DNA from: Eubacterium sp.
GTDB lineage: Bacteria; Bacillota; Clostridia; Lachnospirales; Lachnospiraceae
DNA: 64,000 nt
Assembly (NCBI GenBank): GCA_017459945.1
Contig: JAFUBZ010000017.1
Coordinates: forward strand, 23,258-87,257
Reading direction: 5' to 3'
In this document: piece after piece, positions 58,707 through 64,000 of the stretch
How the letters are laid out: every line of letters begins with the position of its first letter
Position numbering within the stretch: position 1 is the stretch's first letter
The notes under the pieces: model-generated
Database searches by the model: none
What the model was told of the DNA's origin: nothing
What the model saw: only the letters and a program-made list of their open reading frames with translations
Translations under genes and position numbers: made by a program

Positions 58707-60992
58707 ATGAAACTTTATGAAAACGGCGTATATCTGATCAATGGTACAGAATTGGTCGAAGCGAATGCAGAAGGCATCGCAAAGATGAAAGCAGCTGGTG
58801 TGGAGGTATCTGATCCGGCAGAAGCGAAAAAGCAGACCATCGGATATGGCATTCTGGAAGCTCATAACACATCCGGAAACATGAATAATCTGGAAATCAA
58901 GTTCGACAAGCTGACATCTCACGATATTACATTTGTCGGCATTATTCAGACAGCACGTGCGTCAGGGCTGGAAAAATTTCCGATCCCGTATGTACTGACA
59001 AACTGCCATAACAGCTTATGTGCCGTTGGCGGAACCATCAACGAAGATGACCACATGTTTGGCTTAAGCTGCGCGAAAAAGTACGGTGGCGTTTACGTTC
59101 CGCCGCATCAGGCAGTCATCCATCAGTTTGCAAGAGAGATGCTTGCAGGCGGCGGCAAGATGATCTTAGGATCCGATTCTCATACACGTTATGGCGCGCT
59201 TGGCACCATGGCAATGGGAGAAGGCGGACCGGAGCTTGTTAAACAGCTGCTGAATAAGACATATGACATCAAAATGCCGGATATCGTAGCTGTCTATATG
59301 ACCGGAGCGCCGAGACCGGGGGTTGGCCCGCAGGACGTTGCGCTTGCGATCATCGGTGCTGTTTTTGCAAACGGATATGTCAATAATAAAGTAATGGAAT
59401 TTGTCGGACCGGGTGTGGCATCCTTAAGTGCTGATTTCAGAATCGGCGTGGACGTTATGACGACCGAGACGACATGTCTTTCCTCCATCTGGCAGACAGA
59501 TGAAAAGATTCGTGAATTCTATGAGATTCACGGACGTGAAGAGGAGTATAAAGAGCTCAAACCGGGCACAGTGGCTTACTATGACGGATGCATTGAGATC
59601 GACCTTTCCGCAATTGAACCGATGATCGCGATGCCGTTCCATCCGAGCAACGTTTATACCATCCGCGAAATGAAACAGAATCTGGAAGATGTGCTGCATG
59701 ATTGTGAGCAAAAAGCACTTGTCAGTCTGGATGGCGCAGTTGACTACAAACTGACCGATAAGATCCGGAACGGACAGCTTTATGTGGATCAGGGTATCAT
59801 CGCAGGCTGCGCAGGCGGCGGATTTGAAAACATCTGTGCGGCAGCAGACATTCTTGCAGGAAAGAGCATCGGCGCGGATGAATTTACACTGAGCGTTTAT
59901 CCGGCAAGTATGCCGATCTATATGGAGCTGATCAAAAACGGCGCGGCAGCGAAGCTGATGGGAACCGGTGCTGTCTTAAAGACGGCATTCTGCGGACCGT
60001 GCTTTGGCGCAGGAGATACACCGGGCAACAACGGTCTCTCCATCCGCCATTCCACAAGAAACTTCCCGAACCGTGAGGGCTCCAAGCTGCAGAACGGTCA
60101 GATCGCATCGGTAGCATTAATGGATGCAAGATCCATTGCTGCGACAGCGGCAAACAAAGGATATCTGACAGGGGCAGATGAGCTTGACATCCAGTACAGC
60201 GGTCCGAAATATCATTTTGACAAGACCATTTATGAAAACCGCGTCTTTGACAGCAAGGGTGTGGCAGATCCGTCCGTTGAGATCAAGTTTGGCCCGAACA
60301 TCAAAGACTGGCCGCAGATGTCAGCACTTCCGGAGAACCTGATCTTAAAGGTTGTTTCCGAGATTCATGATCCGGTTACCACAACCGATGAACTGATCCC
60401 GTCCGGAGAAACGTCTTCTTATCGTTCCAATCCGCTGGCACTTGCAGAGTTTGCGCTTTCCAGAAAAGACCCGGCTTATGTCGGACGTGCAAAAGAAGTG
60501 CAGAAGGCAGAGGTTGCCCGTGTGAATGGCGGTGCACCGTACGAGGAGCTTCCGGAGCTTGAAGCGGTCGTGAATGCGATCCGTACACAGTTTGCCGATA
60601 TCAAAGAAGAGAATACCGGTATCGGAAGCACGATCTTTGCTGTGAAGCCGGGTGACGGTTCCGCAAGAGAGCAGGCAGCTTCCTGTCAGAAGGTGCTCGG
60701 CGGCTGGGCAAATATCGCAAACGAATATGCAACAAAACGGTATCGTTCCAATCTGATCAACTGGGGTATGCTTCCGTTCCTGATCCCGGCAGGAGATCTT
60801 CCGTTTGCAAACGGTGATTATCTGTTTGTGCCGGAAGTCAGAAAAGCGATCGAAACAGGCGCAAAGGAGATTCCTGCGTTTGTGGTCCGCGACGGCGCGA
60901 TCGAACCGTTTACACTGATGATGGGTGATCTGACAGATGATGAAAAGGACATCATCCTGAAGGGCTGTCTGATCAACTACTATCGCGGATAG
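58707..60992 (+). CDS. Aconitase-family hydratase (YbhJ-like)
   Basis: [43 protein letters not shown]. Confidence 0.88.
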   Translation: MKLYENGVYLINGTELVEANAEGIAKMKAAGVEVSDPAEAKKQTIGYGILEAHNTSGNMNNLEIKFDKLTSHDITFVGIIQTARASGLEKFPIPYVLTNCHNSLCAVGGTINEDDHMFGLSCAKKYGGVYVPPHQAVIHQFAREMLAGGGKMILGSDSHTRYGALGTMAMGEGGPELVKQLLNKTYDIKMPDIVAVYMTGAPRPGVGPQDVALAIIGAVFANGYVNNKVMEFVGPGVASLSADFRIGVDVMTTETTCLSSIWQTDEKIREFYEIHGREEEYKELKPGTVAYYDGCIEIDLSAIEPMIAMPFHPSNVYTIREMKQNLEDVLHDCEQKALVSLDGAVDYKLTDKIRNGQLYVDQGIIAGCAGGGFENICAAADILAGKSIGADEFTLSVYPASMPIYMELIKNGAAAKLMGTGAVLKTAFCGPCFGAGDTPGNNGLSIRHSTRNFPNREGSKLQNGQIASVALMDARSIAATAANKGYLTGADELDIQYSGPKYHFDKTIYENRVFDSKGVADPSVEIKFGPNIKDWPQMSALPENLILKVVSEIHDPVTTTDELIPSGETSSYRSNPLALAEFALSRKDPAYVGRAKEVQKAEVARVNGGAPYEELPELEAVVNAIRTQFADIKEENTGIGSTIFAVKPGDGSAREQAASCQKVLGGWANIANEYATKRYRSNLINWGMLPFLIPAGDLPFANGDYLFVPEVRKAIETGAKEIPAFVVRDGAIEPFTLMMGDLTDDEKDIILKGCLINYYRG

Positions 60993-61073
60993 TACCATCG
61001 TTGAAATATTTTATGATTGTGATATACTGAATACATCAGTTTATCTGATAGGAATAGTCAGTAACAGGGAAAT

Positions 61074-62486
61074 ATGCAAATGGACACGCAGGAAAACCCA
61101 AGACAGGGCGATATAAATGGGCGCGGCGGCCGGAAATGGGACATTCGTCCCTATCTGCCGATGATAGCGACGGTGGTGATCATCGTTGCTGTTTGCCTTG
61201 TTTTATTCTTCCTGATCTTCCGCTATCAGGGGCTCGGCCACGCCATTGGCGCTGTGGCACGCGCACTGCAGGCAGTGATCTTTGGTGTTTTCATCGCTTA
61301 TCTGATCAATCCGATGATGAAGTTCTGCGAGCGGCGCCTGTTCCGGTTTGCAAAAAAGCATGGGAAGGAACTGACCTATAAGAGAAAGCGGCGGTTCCGT
61401 ATCATATCCGTTACGTTCGGTATGATCATATTCCTTGTGATCATTGCGGTCCTGCTGATCGCGATCATCCCGCAGGTTGTTGCAAGCTTTCAGGACATAT
61501 CAGAAACGATCGGTGAGCAGCTGACGGCATTTACCCAATGGGCGGAAGGCCTTTCGAAGGTAGAGACACCCTGGGGAAATGATATGAATCATATGCTGGA
61601 GCAGTTGCCCGATTATGTGATGCAGTGGCTGCAGAACAATGTGTTCTCGCAGGGGAATTCACTGATTGAGTCCATTACATCCGGCATCGTTAATGTGATC
61701 CGGATCATTGTCAATATGGTCATCGGCCTGATCGTAGCTGTTTATCTTCTGATGACAAAGGAGCGGTTCCTCGGTCAGATCAAAAAAGCAGTTTATGCGG
61801 TCTTTAAACCGCGGGCAGGCAATGTCGCGATGGACATCTTAAGGAAGATCAACCGTGTATTCGGCGGGTTCTTCATCGGTGACATTCTGGATTCGATCAT
61901 CGTAGGTGTGATCTGCTTTGTCGGTGTCAGCATTATGCAGATGCCGTATGCGATGCTTCTGGCTCTGATCATCGGGGTGACCAATCTGATCCCGATCTTC
62001 GGACCGTTTATCGGTGCGATCCCCTGCGCATTGCTGTTGCTTTTGGATAATCCAATCCAGGCAGTCTACTTTATCATTTTCATCTGCATCCTGCAGTTGT
62101 TTGACGGAAATATATTAAAACCGAAAGTGCTCGGGGACACGATCGGGCTTTCGCCCTTCTGGATCCTGTTTTCCATCCTGCTTTTTGGCGGATTGTTCGG
62201 AATCGGCGGATTCATTTTCGGTGTTCCGATGTTTGCGGTGATCTATTATGTGATCAAACGTATTATTGAAGCGCTTTTGACGAGGAAAAAGCTTCCGACG
62301 GAAACAGCAAGCTATGTCAATGTTTCCGGTATGAATATAGAAGATCAGTCGCTGATCATGAACAATAAACATGTAAGAGGCGACATCCTGTACGACGGAA
62401 AAGTCGGGAAGGCCGGAAAGGCACTGGAGAAGAGAATTCATCCTGCGGATGACGCAGATCAGGAAAATGAAAATAAAGAATCGTAA
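61074..62486 (+). CDS. AI-2E family transporter
   Basis: AYLINP, NLIPIFGPFIG, DGNILKPKVLG, GVPMFA. Confidence 0.85.
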   Translation: MQMDTQENPRQGDINGRGGRKWDIRPYLPMIATVVIIVAVCLVLFFLIFRYQGLGHAIGAVARALQAVIFGVFIAYLINPMMKFCERRLFRFAKKHGKELTYKRKRRFRIISVTFGMIIFLVIIAVLLIAIIPQVVASFQDISETIGEQLTAFTQWAEGLSKVETPWGNDMNHMLEQLPDYVMQWLQNNVFSQGNSLIESITSGIVNVIRIIVNMVIGLIVAVYLLMTKERFLGQIKKAVYAVFKPRAGNVAMDILRKINRVFGGFFIGDILDSIIVGVICFVGVSIMQMPYAMLLALIIGVTNLIPIFGPFIGAIPCALLLLLDNPIQAVYFIIFICILQLFDGNILKPKVLGDTIGLSPFWILFSILLFGGLFGIGGFIFGVPMFAVIYYVIKRIIEALLTRKKLPTETASYVNVSGMNIEDQSLIMNNKHVRGDILYDGKVGKAGKALEKRIHPADDADQENENKES

Positions 62487-62516
62487 CGATTCAAAAAGCA
62501 ATGGAGAGGTATTGTT

Positions 62517-64000
62517 GTGGATAAGTACGAATACAAGCTCAAACTGGAACAATTAAAAGAACTGGTATCGCTGAACCGCTATTATGAAGCAGCTGCGATC
62601 ACAGATGAGATCAACTGGAACAAGGTCCGGAACATCGGAACGCTTACCATGGTCGGAAAGGTCTATGAGCACCTGAAACGCTATGAGGATGCCAGGGATG
62701 TGTTCACACTCGCGTATGACCGTTCACCGGTCAGCAGAACTGTGCTCCTTCATCTGACAAAGCTTTCGATCAAGCTTGGCAACGTGGATGATGCGGAGAG
62801 ATATTATGAAGAATTTGTAGAATGCGCGCCGAGAGATCGTGTGCGCTATGAGCTTGCATATGAGATCGCAACGCTTCGAAATGCATCCGTGGAAGAGCGG
62901 ATCCATATCCTTGAGCAGTTTAAGGCAAAGGAATATACAGAAGAGTGGGCACTCGAACTGGCAAAGCTGTATCATGAAGCGGGTATGGAAAAAGAATGTG
63001 TTTCCACCTGTGATGAGCTGTTTATCTGGTTTGGCGAGGGCGATTACGTACGCCAGGCACTGGAGCTGAAGGCCAGCGTCACACCTCTTTCTGATCTGCA
63101 GCAGGAGAAACTGCCGCTGTTACAGGAGCAGTCCCGTCTGCAGTGGGAAGAAGAGCAAAGACGCCGTGAAGAAGAACGGCAGGAAGCAGAGCGTCGTGAG
63201 CTTGAGCGCCTCGAAAAAGAACGGCTTGAAAAGCTGCGTCGTGAAGAGGAAGCGCGCCTGGCGGCAGAGGAAGGCCGTGAGGTCGGTGACCGTGATGTGG
63301 ACAGAGCGTTCCCGGAAGGCAGTGTAAAGTGGAATGATGAGAAGCTTCGTTCCAAGGAAAGCGTTGGTGATTATGACGGCAGCCTGAATGCAGGTGAGGT
63401 CGTCGGATCTGCTGTCGGCAAGTTCAAGAACCTGTTTAAGAACATGTCAAAGATGCAGAACCGCGCAGAGGATGAATATCTGGAAGAAGAAGAGGACGCA
63501 TTCCTTGAGGATCTGGAAGCCGCATCGAAGCAGCCGGTCGGAGAAGCCGTAGTGACAGCTCCGGCAGCAACAGAGGAGCCGATTCCTGTCACGGAAGCAA
63601 AGCCTGTTGAGGAGGCAATCTTAGAGCAGGCATTGAGCGAAGTTGATATGACACCTGAAAAGCCGGTCGAGCAGGAAGAAGGTAAGAAGACAACGCTGAT
63701 CGAACGCCTTACAGCAAGACTTCAGATTTCAGACGAGCCGGATGAAGGTGATTACGATGAGGATGACACTGTCGAGGAAGCACTCGATGAGTGGGATCAG
63801 ACAAAGAAGAAAATAAATAAGACGATTGACAGAGTCGCCAAGACAGAGAATCTTGACGAGCGCCGTGCACAGGCAGCGCAGGAGATGAATGATATCATGG
63901 CCCGTCTGGCACAGCTGCAGGCGATCCTGCAGCCGGAAGGCACAGCAGAGGCATCTGCCAGTGCGGCACCGGCAGCGGTTGCGGCAGAAGAACCGGCAGT
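62517..64000 (+). CDS. 3'-truncated TPR-containing protein with long charged/acidic region (absent from the ORF track)
   Basis: GTG start after ggagaggt; (M)DKYEYKLKLEQLKEL..YEDARDVFTLAYDRSP..DELFIWFGEGDYVRQALELK; frame appears open to the window end. Confidence 0.8.
   Translation, partial: MDKYEYKLKLEQLKELVSLNRYYEAAAITDEINWNKVRNIGTLTMVGKVYEHLKRYEDARDVFTLAYDRSPVSRTVLLHLTKLSIKLGNVDDAERYYEEFVECAPRDRVRYELAYEIATLRNASVEERIHILEQFKAKEYTEEWALELAKLYHEAGMEKECVSTCDELFIWFGEGDYVRQALELKASVTPLSDLQQEKLPLLQEQSRLQWEEEQRRREEERQEAERRELERLEKERLEKLRREEEARLAAEEGREVGDRDVDRAFPEGSVKWNDEKLRSKESVGDYDGSLNAGEVVGSAVGKFKNLFKNMSKMQNRAEDEYLEEEEDAFLEDLEAASKQPVGEAVVTAPAATEEPIPVTEAKPVEEAILEQALSEVDMTPEKPVEQEEGKKTTLIERLTARLQISDEPDEGDYDEDDTVEEALDEWDQTKKKINKTIDRVAKTENLDERRAQAAQEMNDIMARLAQLQAILQPEGTAEASASAAPAAVAAEEPA

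Overview
Gene-dense bacterial chromosome segment from an anaerobic Firmicute, most likely Clostridia (Lachnospiraceae-like). This is inferred from gene content (mecA, sua5/ywlE synteny, DegV, 2[4Fe-4S] ferredoxin) and sigmaA-type promoters. About 50 CDS are present; I saw no rRNA, tRNA, CRISPR array, transposase or prophage. Main highlight: a TPP (thiamine pyrophosphate) riboswitch heads an operon encoding NifB-type radical SAM, a ThiY/X/Z-like ABC importer and NifD-, NifK- and NifH-like proteins, with no nifE/N/V. This looks like a nitrogenase-like (non-N2-fixing) enzyme placed in the thiamine regulon. Second highlight: an operon joining a fatty acyl-AMP ligase-ACP-thioester reductase to a split PlsA/PlsR-like activase/dehydratase trio, a candidate ether-lipid/plasmalogen system. 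Also present: a PucR-controlled flavodoxin-like/OYE reductase locus, a SauUSI-like type IV restriction enzyme with a NUDIX gene, a NiaR-controlled orphan PTS-IIC-like permease, tandem operator arrays, probable leaderless genes and REP-like dispersed repeats. All functional calls come from reading motifs by eye; no searches were run.
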